NCBI GenBank assembly: GCA_963837175.1
Contig: CAWIMJ010000007.1
Coordinates: 9,008 to 73,007, forward strand
Source of the DNA: an uncultured Nitrososphaeraceae archaeon
Lineage (GTDB): Archaea > Thermoproteota > Nitrososphaeria > Nitrososphaerales > Nitrososphaeraceae
Length of the DNA: 64,000 nt
Reading direction: 5' to 3'
Below the pieces are notes generated by a model. That model did no database searches. It saw only the letters and a program-made list of their open reading frames with translations, and was not told where the DNA came from. Positions 20,785 through 31,878 of this stretch are shown here, piece by piece. How positions within the stretch are numbered: position 1 is the first letter of the stretch; every line of letters starts with the position of its first letter. A program made the position numbers and the translations under genes.

Positions 20785-21963
20785 ATGCGACATAATAAGA
20801 TCCCTCTTTCAGATGGTGCAAATATAAGAGCTGGAGTTGTGCACTATAACATGGAAGCCTACGGAGAGAATCATTAGATTCCCGAATGTGGCGAGCATGT
20901 TGGTCTACATTCTATTCAAGCACTTGATGAAATGGGATGTAAGGTTTTCCTTTGTGCAAGTGCATATCCAAAAAGGGAAGAAACTATTAAGAGAATAGGA
21001 ATTGATATAGAAGACTCCATAGATGGATTTGTAAAGGCTATTGGCCGTAATGAGATACTTCCATTTCTTGGAGCCTATCAGAGGATGGTGTATACTTATT
21101 CTTTCTTCAAGAAACTGATCAAAGAATATAAGGTTGATTTCGTACTTGTTACGGGAGGATCTACTCTTATTCCAAAGTCAATGGCAGATAAAACCATTGT
21201 TTACGTTCACTATCCTATTGATCTAGAGCTTATGCATCAACGTTATCTTAATAATAAAATGAAAAAGATTTACATCAAACCTTGGCTATTTATTTCAAAT
21301 AATCTCGATTATATCAAAAGATCTACCATAATTACAAATAGCAATTACACAAGAGATGCAATAAAAACCGCATGGGGAATAGATGCCAAGGTAATATTTC
21401 CACCTTGCCCACAGTATTCCTTCCCATTAGCAGATCAAGTGAAAAAAAATATTGTCTGCTCTTTAGGAAGGTTTACACCTGAGAAAAACTATGAGATAAT
21501 ACTTCAAATTGCACGAAGACAGTCTAATACACAGTTTGAACTTATCGGAAGCATTACTCCAGATAAATTTTCATATTTTGAAAAACTAAGGAAAACTGCA
21601 CCAAAAAATGTCATCTTCCATGTAAATGCAAGCTTGGAAGATAAAATAGAGGTATTAAAGAGATCTAAGGTGCTGTTACACAGCTTTATAGGAGAGCATT
21701 TTGGAATTGCAATTATTGAAGCCATGAGTGCTGGACTGATTCCAGTGACACATGATTCAGGTGCTGCAAAAGCCGACGGTCTTGTGCCTAGAAATTTTAG
21801 ATACAATGATATAGATGAAGCTGTTGCATCAATTAATGACGCATTTTCTTCATGGAGCATAGATGAATCTCAGAGATTACGACAATATGCCATGAGATTT
21901 TCAGCAGAATCATTTAGAGCAAATATAAAGTCATTTATATCTAATTGGATTAAATCAAACTAG
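20785..21963 (+). CDS. GT4 glycosyltransferase (ALG11-like), interrupted by a 21-nt putative BHB intron; 385 aa if spliced
   Basis: ATG 20785 is in frame with ORF 20932-21963; only stop between them is TAG 20875-20877. Spliced N-terminus reads RAGVVHYNMEAYGGGEHVGLHSIQAL. Downstream motifs LGRFTPEK and EHFGIAIIEAMSAG. Confidence 0.85.
20867..20887 (+). other. Putative bulge-helix-bulge (tRNA-type) intron in an mRNA
   Basis: AGAATCATTAGATTCCCGAAT. Inner hairpin GAATC/GATTC, 3-nt bulges AG^A and AT^G, central helix ACGG/CCGA (3 of 4 pairs), exon-exon pairing GCC/GGC and AACATG/CATGTT. Confidence 0.72.
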
Positions 21964-22091
21964 CGATCCCAAAGAATTTTAAAGCCAAATTCGTATGAAG
22001 AGAGTAATGACATTGTATCGTTAAGGGCTATAGAGTTGTTAATATATTTATACTAAGCTGTAATTTCCCGTAAACTATAATAGTTACACAG

Positions 22092-23189
22092 TTATTCATT
22101 ATCTAGAATAACATTATTCTTTTGGTACTGTTGGAAAATCTTGTCATTCTCAAGAAAATATTTAAAAGTCATAAATTTTTTATCCCATTCGTTTATCTTC
22201 TCGATTCTTAAATCACTAATATCTTTTGCTATCTCTTCTGATCTTTTAACATTTTCTATTGCTTCTTGAATTTCCTTTGGAGAATTATCTACGTGCACGG
22301 TGCCTTTGTAAAAATATCGCTTCAGTGGAGGCCAGTCAGAGGTTATCAAAGGTTTTTCAAGAGCCAGCGCTTCATATGCGCCTGCTAACATTGTTTTATT
22401 TCTTTTTGTAAGAACCATTATCGCATTAACGCCTTGAAGCAGAGAGATATAATCATTATAATCTAAAAATCCAGTAAAGACTATATTGTTTATTTCATTT
22501 CCTAGAAGATATTTAGGAGCTTTAGATTTGTCTCCAGTTATATAAAATTCTATTCCAGACATAGTGGTAGCTGCATCAAGAATTTCTGCCAAAGGCTCGT
22601 CAGGTGCAAAAGAGGATATAACAGCAACCTTGAAAAATTTGTCATTTTTCTGTTCTCTTTTTTCCTGCTTTTTTCTACTTCTTACTTCAAAATATGAAAG
22701 AGGATCTTCTAATACAATTGTCTTTCTTTTAATATCCGGACAAATATTATCCTTTAATTCCGAATTGGTAACGATGACCATGTATACTTTCTTCATGATC
22801 CATCTGTTTAACGGTCGAAGGTATGACCAAGGTTTATCAAAAGCTCCGGTATGCATATCTATTGCTATATTGCATTTTGCGCCAGTTAAGTACTGATGGA
22901 CTATTGTGGCTAGCGCACAAAATATCGGTGGGATTTGACAAATTATAACCTGTGGTCTTTCCTTCTCTAATATAAATAATGTATTTGTAAATAATTTGAG
23001 GTATTTGATCGGTGAATATATTTTCTTTTTAAATTTGTAACTGATTAAATATAGTTGAGCATCCAAACGTTCTGCCAAGTTCTTTGCTCTGATACTATGC
23101 GGCGCCCAAACTAGGAATACTGTTTTTAGAGGATCCTTTTTATCGGAATAAATTTCATTATTATCATTAATTATCTTCTTACGCTCCAA
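22092..23189 (-). CDS. Glycosyltransferase family 4-like
   Basis: SSFAPDEP, FTGFL, AGAYEALALEKPLITSD. Confidence 0.85.
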   Translation of the reverse strand: MERKKIINDNNEIYSDKKDPLKTVFLVWAPHSIRAKNLAERLDAQLYLISYKFKKKIYSPIKYLKLFTNTLFILEKERPQVIICQIPPIFCALATIVHQYLTGAKCNIAIDMHTGAFDKPWSYLRPLNRWIMKKVYMVIVTNSELKDNICPDIKRKTIVLEDPLSYFEVRSRKKQEKREQKNDKFFKVAVISSFAPDEPLAEILDAATTMSGIEFYITGDKSKAPKYLLGNEINNIVFTGFLDYNDYISLLQGVNAIMVLTKRNKTMLAGAYEALALEKPLITSDWPPLKRYFYKGTVHVDNSPKEIQEAIENVKRSEEIAKDISDLRIEKINEWDKKFMTFKYFLENDKIFQQYQKNNVILDNE

Positions 23190-23400
23190 TTATCATAATC
23201 TCTTATAGGATAAAGCACTTAAGGATTATAATTTTTACGTAATAATATACAAGTTATTTAAGATCGAAATGTTATTTGCCTAAACCCTTAATAAAAAGGA
23301 GTAGTAAATTTCAGATCCAATAGTCACAATTGTTAAAGCCAATAATGAAATCATTTTTTACTTCTTAGTAGACATCTTGGATAATCACTTGGATATTTCT

Positions 23401-23469
<69 letters not shown>

Positions 23470-23627
23470 ACCAAAGCTTGCAAAGATGCTTCATTTAGAT
23501 AGTGTTAATAAAAGTATTTGACTATCGTAACAACGTTTTTACGAATCCAAATCAATTAGAATCATTGTCTGTTGAACTATGATTCTAAAGATTAAAGAAT
23601 ATCGCAGTGAATCTTTAAACGAATAAT

Positions 23628-24608
23628 TTGCCATTAAAAACAAAGATCTATTCTATTAGACGTCATCCTTCATTAATAAAAGACATTTTTAAGCGAAAGA
23701 AATGGGATTACATATTAGATAAATCAACAATACTAGATGAGAAAGAGACATTTGATTTTATATCGCATTTGAAACAAACTTCTCCTTATTATATAAATCC
23801 AAATGATGATCCAAAATTAAACAGGCTGTGTAGCCTAGAGGATTGGAAGAATCAAGAGATAAGAGAGACACTTTCTCAATTACAAAAGCTAAACCCACAG
23901 GGCTTTATTCATAGAAAGGATTGGGAATGGGCACTTGGCATAGTAGCCATGCGTAGATTTGGTAAATTAAATAAAAATAGCAAAGCGATAGGTATTGGCT
24001 CGGGGACAGAACCAATTCCATTCTATCTGTCAAATAACATTAACCATGTATATGTCACTGATCTTTATGAAAAAACAGAAGGATGGAAAAAAGCAGCCCC
24101 CTCAGATTTTCCTGAAAATCCAAAGAAGTATGCGTCTTTCCCATATAATGAAGATGCCTTAACAGTATTAAGAATGGATGGCACTAAACTTGAATTTCCT
24201 TCTGAGAATTTTGATATAGCATTCTCTTTTTCTTCTATAGAGCATTTTGGTGGAAAGAATCATTCAGGAGCTTTAAGAAGTTTAAGAGAGATAGAGCGTG
24301 TTTTAAAGCGTGGGGGAATAGCTGTAATAGCTACTGAATACATAATTAATAATAAGGAACATCCTGAATTCTTTAATGAACGAACGATATATTCTGATTT
24401 AATCAATAAATTAGAAAAGCTGAAACTTGTAGAACCTCTTGATTTAAGAATAACAACAAATACATTAGATACAGTTGTAGAATTTTTTTCTGTTGATGCT
24501 AATTGGGATAATATAGACAAGGAATACAAAAAAACTCATCCTCTTATTCTTCTTCGGGTTAGAAATATATTGTTTACTTCATTAATGCTTGTTTTTCAAA
24601 AGCATTGA
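23628..24608 (+). CDS. Class I SAM-dependent methyltransferase
   Basis: IGIGSG, VTD, FDIAFSFSSIEHF, RVLKRGG. Confidence 0.85.
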   Translation: MPLKTKIYSIRRHPSLIKDIFKRKKWDYILDKSTILDEKETFDFISHLKQTSPYYINPNDDPKLNRLCSLEDWKNQEIRETLSQLQKLNPQGFIHRKDWEWALGIVAMRRFGKLNKNSKAIGIGSGTEPIPFYLSNNINHVYVTDLYEKTEGWKKAAPSDFPENPKKYASFPYNEDALTVLRMDGTKLEFPSENFDIAFSFSSIEHFGGKNHSGALRSLREIERVLKRGGIAVIATEYIINNKEHPEFFNERTIYSDLINKLEKLKLVEPLDLRITTNTLDTVVEFFSVDANWDNIDKEYKKTHPLILLRVRNILFTSLMLVFQKH

Positions 24609-24834
24609 TCAAAAATCTATACTATTGTATTATCTTTAGAAGAGGTGATCTTTCTCGTTTTTGTTGCGATTGAATAACAATAACAATTTCGATAACACAT
24701 TCAAAGAAATACTATTCATAACGAAGTTCCAAAAAATTGAATATTAAAAAGTGTAATGCTACATTAATAAATTACAGAAAAAAAACACCAATTTATGATA
24801 GTTGATTTATAAATATATATTCTATCTTATAGAT

Positions 24835-25938
24835 TTAATTAAACATCCTGATAATATTAAAGAATGTGTCTCTTTGAGCAGGGTTTCTTTTGATTTCTTT
24901 TATTAGATTAACTAGTTCTTGAATTGAAGTTCCTGCGGTTTTACCTGCAGCTTTAAATATTTCCTCTGAAAATGCGGTTCCCACCAAATCGTTACCTCCG
25001 TATGATAACGCGACTTGTGCCAGTTTCTTTCCCAGTGCTACCCAATATACTGAGATATTATCAAGTACATTTGCTAGCAAGAGTCTTGATACTGCAATAA
25101 CTCTCAAATCGTAAGTTGAAGCACTCTCTTTAGTGATTATCTCTTTTTGTTCTAACTCTGTATTGTCTAAACTAAACTTTAAGGGAATAAAGGTGGTAAA
25201 GCCTTTTGTTTTTTTATGGAGTTCTCTGATCTTCAAAATATGATCCACGATATGCTCTGGTTTTTCTATATGTCCAAAAAGCATTGTGCAATTGCTCCTT
25301 AATCCCAAGTTGTGTGCTTGACTAGCAGTTTCAAGCCATTCTTCCCCAGAGCATTTTCCTCTAACAATTGTGTCTCTGGTTTCTGGATGAAAAATCTCGG
25401 CTCCGCCGCCTGGTAGCGCATCTAATCCAGCACTCTTCAATCTCAGCAAGACTTCTTTAACTGAATTGCGCGTAAGTCTAGATATGAAGAAAATTTCAGC
25501 AGGAGTCAACGCTTTAATTGTCACATTAGGAAACTCTGCCTTTATCGCACCAATCATATTCTCGTAATAATCAAGGCCCAACTTTGGATGAAAACCACCA
25601 ACAATATGAATTTCAGTTGCTCCCATTTGTTTTATAGCAAGGCTGGCTCTCGATACAATCTGTTTGGTTGTTAAGGCATAAGCATCAAACTCATTGCCCT
25701 TCCTGTAAAATGCACACAATGGACAACTTGCGGCACAAATATTAGTATAATTTAGATAATAAGAAGTGACAAAGCTAACAGTATCGCCTTTAAGGCGCTT
25801 ACGAATCCTATCAGCTACAGATCCTAACAAAAATAAGTTTTCATCATTCATCAGCTGGATGCCATCTCCATATGATAATTCTTCGCCGGCAAGTGCTTTT
25901 TCTAAAGCAGGAGTTCCCCCTGAAATATGTGTTAACAA
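24835..25938 (-). CDS. mqnE: CofH/MqnE-family radical SAM, probable aminofutalosine synthase
   Basis: NYTNICAASCPLCAF, HIVGG, PGGGAEIF, YWVALG. Confidence 0.78.
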   Translation of the reverse strand: MLTHISGGTPALEKALAGEELSYGDGIQLMNDENLFLLGSVADRIRKRLKGDTVSFVTSYYLNYTNICAASCPLCAFYRKGNEFDAYALTTKQIVSRASLAIKQMGATEIHIVGGFHPKLGLDYYENMIGAIKAEFPNVTIKALTPAEIFFISRLTRNSVKEVLLRLKSAGLDALPGGGAEIFHPETRDTIVRGKCSGEEWLETASQAHNLGLRSNCTMLFGHIEKPEHIVDHILKIRELHKKTKGFTTFIPLKFSLDNTELEQKEIITKESASTYDLRVIAVSRLLLANVLDNISVYWVALGKKLAQVALSYGGNDLVGTAFSEEIFKAAGKTAGTSIQELVNLIKEIKRNPAQRDTFFNIIRMFN

Positions 25939-26040
25939 ATTAATGGTTCTATCGTTTGAAGTTAATATAAAACATTTGATAATAACTGTGGAATGCTTGT
26001 AAAGAATAAATAGTATTGATAGTCAAAAATTACGGTAATA

Positions 26041-27168
26041 TTGCAAAATACCTTTGCGGTGCAAGATTTAATTAGTAAATCTGATGTTGGAGATATCTTA
26101 GATCGTGCCTTAACGGGTGAACGCCTCGGGTTCAAAGAATGCTTAAGACTCATCAAATCTGATGCGGTGCATTCAATAGGAATCGTTGGTAACATATTGC
26201 GTCAGAGACTATATGGTAATACTGTTACGTTTGTAAATAATATTATATTAAACTATACAAATGTTTGCGTTACTTATTGCAAATTCTGTGCATTTTACCG
26301 TCCGCCTGGACATAGTGAAGCTTATACCGTATCGCTAGAAGAAATCGTTCGACGTGTTTTGGTTTCTAGAGAAATGTTCGGTATTACCCAAATACTAATT
26401 CAAGGAGGACATAATCCTAACTTGAGGATTGAGTATTATGAGGAAGTTTTTAAAGCAATAAAGACAAAATCCCCTGATATAGGAATACATGGACTCTCTG
26501 TATCTGAAATTGATATGATTGCAAAAGTTGAGAGAAGTAGCACGAAGGAAATTCTTGGAAGGTTAAAAGAGGCAGGACTAGATTCTCTTCCTGGTGCGGG
26601 TGCTGAAATACTTGACGATGACGTAAAAGCAGAGATCAGCCCTCTCAAGATAAAGAGCCAAGAATGGCTTCGGATAATGGAACAGGCTCACGAACTTGAT
26701 CTAAAGTCCTCAGCCACAATGATGTATGGCACGATTGAAACTGCAGAACAGAGAGCACAGCATATTATAAAAATTGCACAATTACAGGAAAAAACAAGAG
26801 GATTTATGGCATTCATTCCTTGGAGTTTTGAGCCAAACAAAACGCAAATACAATCGGAAGGACTGATAAGATATCCTTCAGGTGGATTAGATCTATTAAA
26901 AATGATTGCTGTTTCTAGAATAATGTATTACGGTTTAATAGACCACCTCCAATCATCATGGTTAACAAATGGAATAGGCATGGCCCAGTTAGCGTTAAAT
27001 TATGGCGCAGACGACTTTGGTGGCACTCTTATCGGTGAAGAGGTAGTAAGCGCAACAGGTGCTAGGTCGACAGAGCTTACTGCGCATAAAATTATAGATG
27101 CAGTCAAGCAGATTGGTTTTAAAATTGCAGAAAGAAATAACTTCTATCAGACCATAAAATATTATTAA
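26041..27168 (+). CDS. mqnC: Cyclic dehypoxanthinyl futalosine synthase
   Basis: NYTNVCVTYCKFCAFYR, LIQGG, FIPWSF, HLQSSWLT, GADDFG. Confidence 0.82.
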   Translation: MQNTFAVQDLISKSDVGDILDRALTGERLGFKECLRLIKSDAVHSIGIVGNILRQRLYGNTVTFVNNIILNYTNVCVTYCKFCAFYRPPGHSEAYTVSLEEIVRRVLVSREMFGITQILIQGGHNPNLRIEYYEEVFKAIKTKSPDIGIHGLSVSEIDMIAKVERSSTKEILGRLKEAGLDSLPGAGAEILDDDVKAEISPLKIKSQEWLRIMEQAHELDLKSSATMMYGTIETAEQRAQHIIKIAQLQEKTRGFMAFIPWSFEPNKTQIQSEGLIRYPSGGLDLLKMIAVSRIMYYGLIDHLQSSWLTNGIGMAQLALNYGADDFGGTLIGEEVVSATGARSTELTAHKIIDAVKQIGFKIAERNNFYQTIKYY

Positions 27169-27351
27169 AGTTATTCAAAATGATTAAAAGATAATTTTGT
27201 GAGATTCAACTCATACCTAATCAAGGCCAAAAGATTTGATTTAGATTTGGTAATCAAAGGTCAATAAGATTTCTATGTCAATGAATGGTATATTATTTGT
27301 CAAATCTAATTAGAAATACGTTTAAATGTCTATTTATATAGTTTCTGTCGT

Positions 27352-28749
27352 ATGCCAGTTGGAATTGATGACCTGGCTATCTATGTCCCGAAACTTTATG
27401 TCGACTATAAAGATTTTGCCAAGGCAAGGGGGATTGAGCCCCAAAAGTTAGAGTATGGTATCGGAATAAAAAAGATGGCCCTAGTTGATACTAATCAAGA
27501 TCCAGCCTGTATGGCTGCGAATGCATGTTTGAAATTAATGCAAAGAAACCGTCTGCATCCCCATGATATAGGAAGAATGTATATAGCTACTGAATCTGCT
27601 CTTGATGAATCCAAGGCAATGAACTCTTTTGTCATAGGTATGTTAGAACAGGTTTATGGAGAAAGTTCCTTCGAGCACGCAGGTGGAATTGAGTGTAAAT
27701 TTGCATGTGTAAGTGGATCTTATGCACTATATGATAATGCGAATTGGATCAGAGCAGACGAGAATAATGGCAAAGCAGCTATTGTTATAGTAAGTGATAT
27801 TGCCAAATACGATATCGGTTCAGCAGGTGAATATACACAAGGAGCCGGTGCTGTTGCCATGCTGGTTAAAGATAATCCTAGATTATTATCATTTGATCAA
27901 AAAGTTGCCTCTACAATTATCAAGAATGAATATGATTTTTACAGACCTTTTGGAAAAGAGACTCCTCTTGTTAACGGAAACTATTCGAATCTATTGTATT
28001 TGATACAAGTAAAGAAGGCATTTGATAGTTATAAAGAAAAGGCTATTAGAACAGGATTGATTGAACTTGAGCATGGTGAATCTATTACAGATCACATTGA
28101 CTTTTTCAGTGTACATCTTCCTTATAGAAGAATGGGTGAAAAGGCATTAGCCTATTTGTTAAGACATGAGTGGCGACACCTTCCACGTTGGAAGGATGTT
28201 ATAAAAGCGGTAGGAATGGAAGAACCAACTCCCCAAGATTCGAGAGGCACCATTGAATCGATTCTTGCCGACAAAGAATTTATGAAAGCTGATGACAACT
28301 TCAGGCGTCGATTTATGCAAACTCCCTTTTATAATGAGGTATTCGAAAACAAAATGGCAAGTTCACTTGAAGCATCTGCTGTTATAGGAAATTTATACAC
28401 AGCTTCAATGTATATGGGATTTAGAAGTTTACTTGAATATGAATACAAAAAAGGCACTGACCTTGAAAGTAAGAGAATAGGCTTCGGATCTTATGGCAGT
28501 GGTAGCAGTGCTATGGTATTTAGCGGCGTAATACAGCCAGAATATAAAGAGATTGTAAAACGAATGCATCTTGAAGAAGAAATTGGGACACGAACAAAGC
28601 TATCCATGGAAGAATATAAGAGACTTCATGATAACGAAAGGAAATTCGATGATTTTCTTACAAACGCTCATCGAGAATTCGTATTGATAAAGATTGGTGG
28701 CATCACTGCTGACAAAGCTGGATTTAGAGAATACAACTATGTCAGCTAA
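27352..28749 (+). CDS. hmgS: Hydroxymethylglutaryl-CoA synthase
   Basis: ATES, KFACVSG (catalytic Cys), EYTQGAGA, DFYRP, HLPY, GNLYTAS, SYGSG. Confidence 0.93.
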   Translation: MPVGIDDLAIYVPKLYVDYKDFAKARGIEPQKLEYGIGIKKMALVDTNQDPACMAANACLKLMQRNRLHPHDIGRMYIATESALDESKAMNSFVIGMLEQVYGESSFEHAGGIECKFACVSGSYALYDNANWIRADENNGKAAIVIVSDIAKYDIGSAGEYTQGAGAVAMLVKDNPRLLSFDQKVASTIIKNEYDFYRPFGKETPLVNGNYSNLLYLIQVKKAFDSYKEKAIRTGLIELEHGESITDHIDFFSVHLPYRRMGEKALAYLLRHEWRHLPRWKDVIKAVGMEEPTPQDSRGTIESILADKEFMKADDNFRRRFMQTPFYNEVFENKMASSLEASAVIGNLYTASMYMGFRSLLEYEYKKGTDLESKRIGFGSYGSGSSAMVFSGVIQPEYKEIVKRMHLEEEIGTRTKLSMEEYKRLHDNERKFDDFLTNAHREFVLIKIGGITADKAGFREYNYVS

Positions 28750-30013
28750 CTATTCTGAAATCTAGCGATTTACTCTTTAGAAACTCAATTAACCTTTCTG
28801 CATGCTTTTCATCTTCCATTTCAAGGCTAAGATAAACACCAGCAGTTCCGGCTGAGATATTAGAACTTAGTCTATCGTGAACTACTTCAACAATATTAAC
28901 GCTCAATTCGGCAATACCGTCAACTACTGTCTTCAATGCTCCGGGCTTATCCTGTAACTGTATAAAAATTTTAAGCATTCTACCCATTTGCATAAGACCT
29001 TTTGCGACCACTTGACCAAGTAGATACATATCAACATTTCCACCAGAGAGCAATGACACCACATTCTTATTCTTATTGGGATGGCCATTTGAAAGTAAAT
29101 ATGCTAGACTTGCAGCCCCAGCAGGTTCTATGACCACTTTAGCTCTCTCCATAAGTAAAAACATGGTTTTTAATATTGAAGAATCATCGACTAATGTTAT
29201 ATCATCTATATATTTATTAGCTATCTCATATGTTAATCTGCCCGGAGACTTTACAGATATACCATCAGCAATAGTATATCCTGATTTTATATTTTGCAAA
29301 GAGCCTCTTGCAAGCGATTCTTTCATTGCAGGAAAAGCTTTAGATTCTACGCCGATAATTTTCACATGGGGCTTTTTAGCCTTTATTGCAATAGCAATTC
29401 CTGCTGCTAGTCCACCACCTCCTATCGGCAAATATACTTGGTCAAGTTCTGGCAAGTCTTCTAATAGTTCTAGACCAATTGTTCCCTGACCTGATATTAC
29501 ATGTGAATCGTCAAAAGCGTGAATTATTGTGCTACCTTCATTCTTGGCAATTTCTTGAGCTTCAATCCAACATTCATCATAATCTAATCCGCGCAGAATT
29601 ACTTTTGCTCCATATCTTTTTGTGGCGGCTACTTTAGCTGGTGATGCATTCTGTGGCATAATAATTGTACATGAAATATTATTTCTTAATGCAGCATAGG
29701 CAACTCCTTGCGCATGATTTCCAGCCGATGCAGCAATGACGCCATATTTTTTCTGCTTTTCAGGTAACATATTAATTTTAACAGACGCTCCCCGAACTTT
29801 GAAAGAGCCTGTTTTCTGTAGAGATTCGAGTTTGAGGAAAATATTGGTTCCAGTAAGTTTTGAAAAGGTATCAGATCTTTGTAACGGCGTTTTTCTTATA
29901 GTTGTTTGATTTAGTAAGTCCCTAGCTTTTAATATGTCTTCTATAGTTGGAAAGTCTTGTTTTTTGTTTACATCCCATATACTTTGGCCATTCATTACAA
30001 TCGGACAATGCAA
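28742..30013 (-). CDS. ilvA: Threonine ammonia-lyase with C-terminal ACT domain
   Basis: QKTGSFKVRG, SAGNHAQG, GGGGL, SGGN, DKPGAL; convergent 8-bp overlap with hmgS. Confidence 0.93.
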   Translation of the reverse strand: MHCPIVMNGQSIWDVNKKQDFPTIEDILKARDLLNQTTIRKTPLQRSDTFSKLTGTNIFLKLESLQKTGSFKVRGASVKINMLPEKQKKYGVIAASAGNHAQGVAYAALRNNISCTIIMPQNASPAKVAATKRYGAKVILRGLDYDECWIEAQEIAKNEGSTIIHAFDDSHVISGQGTIGLELLEDLPELDQVYLPIGGGGLAAGIAIAIKAKKPHVKIIGVESKAFPAMKESLARGSLQNIKSGYTIADGISVKSPGRLTYEIANKYIDDITLVDDSSILKTMFLLMERAKVVIEPAGAASLAYLLSNGHPNKNKNVVSLLSGGNVDMYLLGQVVAKGLMQMGRMLKIFIQLQDKPGALKTVVDGIAELSVNIVEVVHDRLSSNISAGTAGVYLSLEMEDEKHAERLIEFLKSKSLDFRIVS

Positions 30014-31078
30014 TCAACTTGATGCCTTAATTATAATTTTATGGCTAGTATGCTTTAAGAAATATCTTGGTGATGATAATCTAAATTATGTATGTGCTAT
30101 CAGCGTCTTGAAGATAAAATTGTTTTTATTACGACCATAAATAACCTATAACAACATGCAGAAGATATTCTTAGCAGTCTATATGACTAAAAGACATTGA
30201 GGAGATAATATCATTCAAGATACTCGACTAAGAAAAAAGATGTTTCCTTTGGAATGCCACAAATACTTTTTAGATAGATCATACCATCTTTCAGAGGTGC
30301 GATACATAAAAACTCTTTCTACAATAGGATTGTGTATTTTCTGCAATTTTATAAAATGACAACTGAGTAAAATTGTTTCAACATTTCATACTAATACAAA
30401 TAGTGAAAACAATATAAGGAATTTTCACTCAACGATCAAATATATAAGTCAACACATTATAATTGATAGACAAGCACTAAAAAGGATAGTAAAGATTTGA
30501 CTAAGAACATAGAAATACAAAGAAAATTAGTAGATTATTTCACTATAAAGGAAAGTCCGAAAGTAGGATTTGAGATTTTATAGGTAATTCTTTTAATCAA
30601 ATATACTCAAGTATTTAGAATAGGACAATAACAAAAATGATATTGGTTTTCTCAAAAAATTCATCCTTTTAATTTTTATTATCGTTTACTGCAAAATAGA
30701 AAAATTGATTACGATATCAAGTATATAGAAGATCATTAACTCAGGTCATATATCTATGATAGGGTATGATCTATTGACGATAGTATATGAGGTATTATGG
30801 ATTCATTAGTAAACTAGAAGAGAAAACAGATGCAGATATTACGGATGGATCCCACTCAGAGTTCATCATATCCTTAGAGCACTCATTATTACAACCGTAT
30901 TCTCAAACATGGATACAGCTATGCATGATACAGGTGCAATGTGGCTGATGACGGTCATCTTCTTTATTGCTAATCATTTCTATGTTCACTGGTGATGCTT
31001 CTGTTCTTTCTCTTCTTATTACTATATATCCGAATACAATATTTTATAACTCTAATACTAATACATCAAGTTAATACT

Positions 31079-31327
31079 ATGTCTGAGGACACAGAGGAAG
31101 AGAGAATTTTTAGGGAAAGATATGCTCAAGAGTTGGGAAAGAAAAAGCAACAGAACACCCATAGCTATCATGGATATGATGAGTTAGCTGATGAAAGAAG
31201 GAACATAAATCAGCAGGAGATGAAGACACCAGGGCGCAAAGGAGAGAAAATAAAGCATGAAGAGATTGATAAGGAAATGGTTAGACGTGACAGGATAAAG
31301 CAAAATAAGGAATCAGCTGAAAAGTAG
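31079..31327 (+). CDS. Small charged hypothetical protein
   Basis: MSEDTEEERIFRERYAQEL...; TTTTATAA upstream of the ATG. Confidence 0.65.
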   Translation: MSEDTEEERIFRERYAQELGKKKQQNTHSYHGYDELADERRNINQQEMKTPGRKGEKIKHEEIDKEMVRRDRIKQNKESAEK

Positions 31328-31878
31328 TTCTTACAATAATAAGAAACTACAAGATTGCGTAAGGGAGAGATTAATAATGTAACTCTATATTGATTCCAAA
31401 TAAAAGTTCATCTCTTTTTAGAGTCCTGATAGTTCCTTTAGATTGATATTCAAGAATTCCAAAGATCTACTCCTGAGTATATCGTAAAATGTATTTGTTA
31501 ACTCTGCTTGTGAGCTTTGTAGACATTAAATGAATCTCCCACTTGAACTATTTATAGCAAACAAGTGCTAGAATATAACAATCATTTCAATTGAAGACAA
31601 TATATGGAGCGTTGAAATTATCTGGAATGTTTTCCTTCTCATACGTAATTTCTTTTATTTTCTTATGTTATTACTAGATCCAATCACGACTCGTGATGTA
31701 GAATGTAAGCACAGAATCAAAATTTGTCAAGATGGCTGTTTCCTTAGGTCTGCAAAGATATAGCGACATGTCGTGGATTTAGTACTACATTTGATTTTCA
31801 ACAACTGTTGACTTGAAGCAAGCAAAGCCTATTAATAATAATAATTAATTGGCTTCTTTTATTCTTCGTCTTTTATTA

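Noticed and set aside
20875-20877. TAG readthrough (pyrrolysine) in the GT4 gene
   Set aside because: Readthrough would leave seven extra residues inside the GGGE motif, and no pyl genes are present in the window; splicing explains it better.
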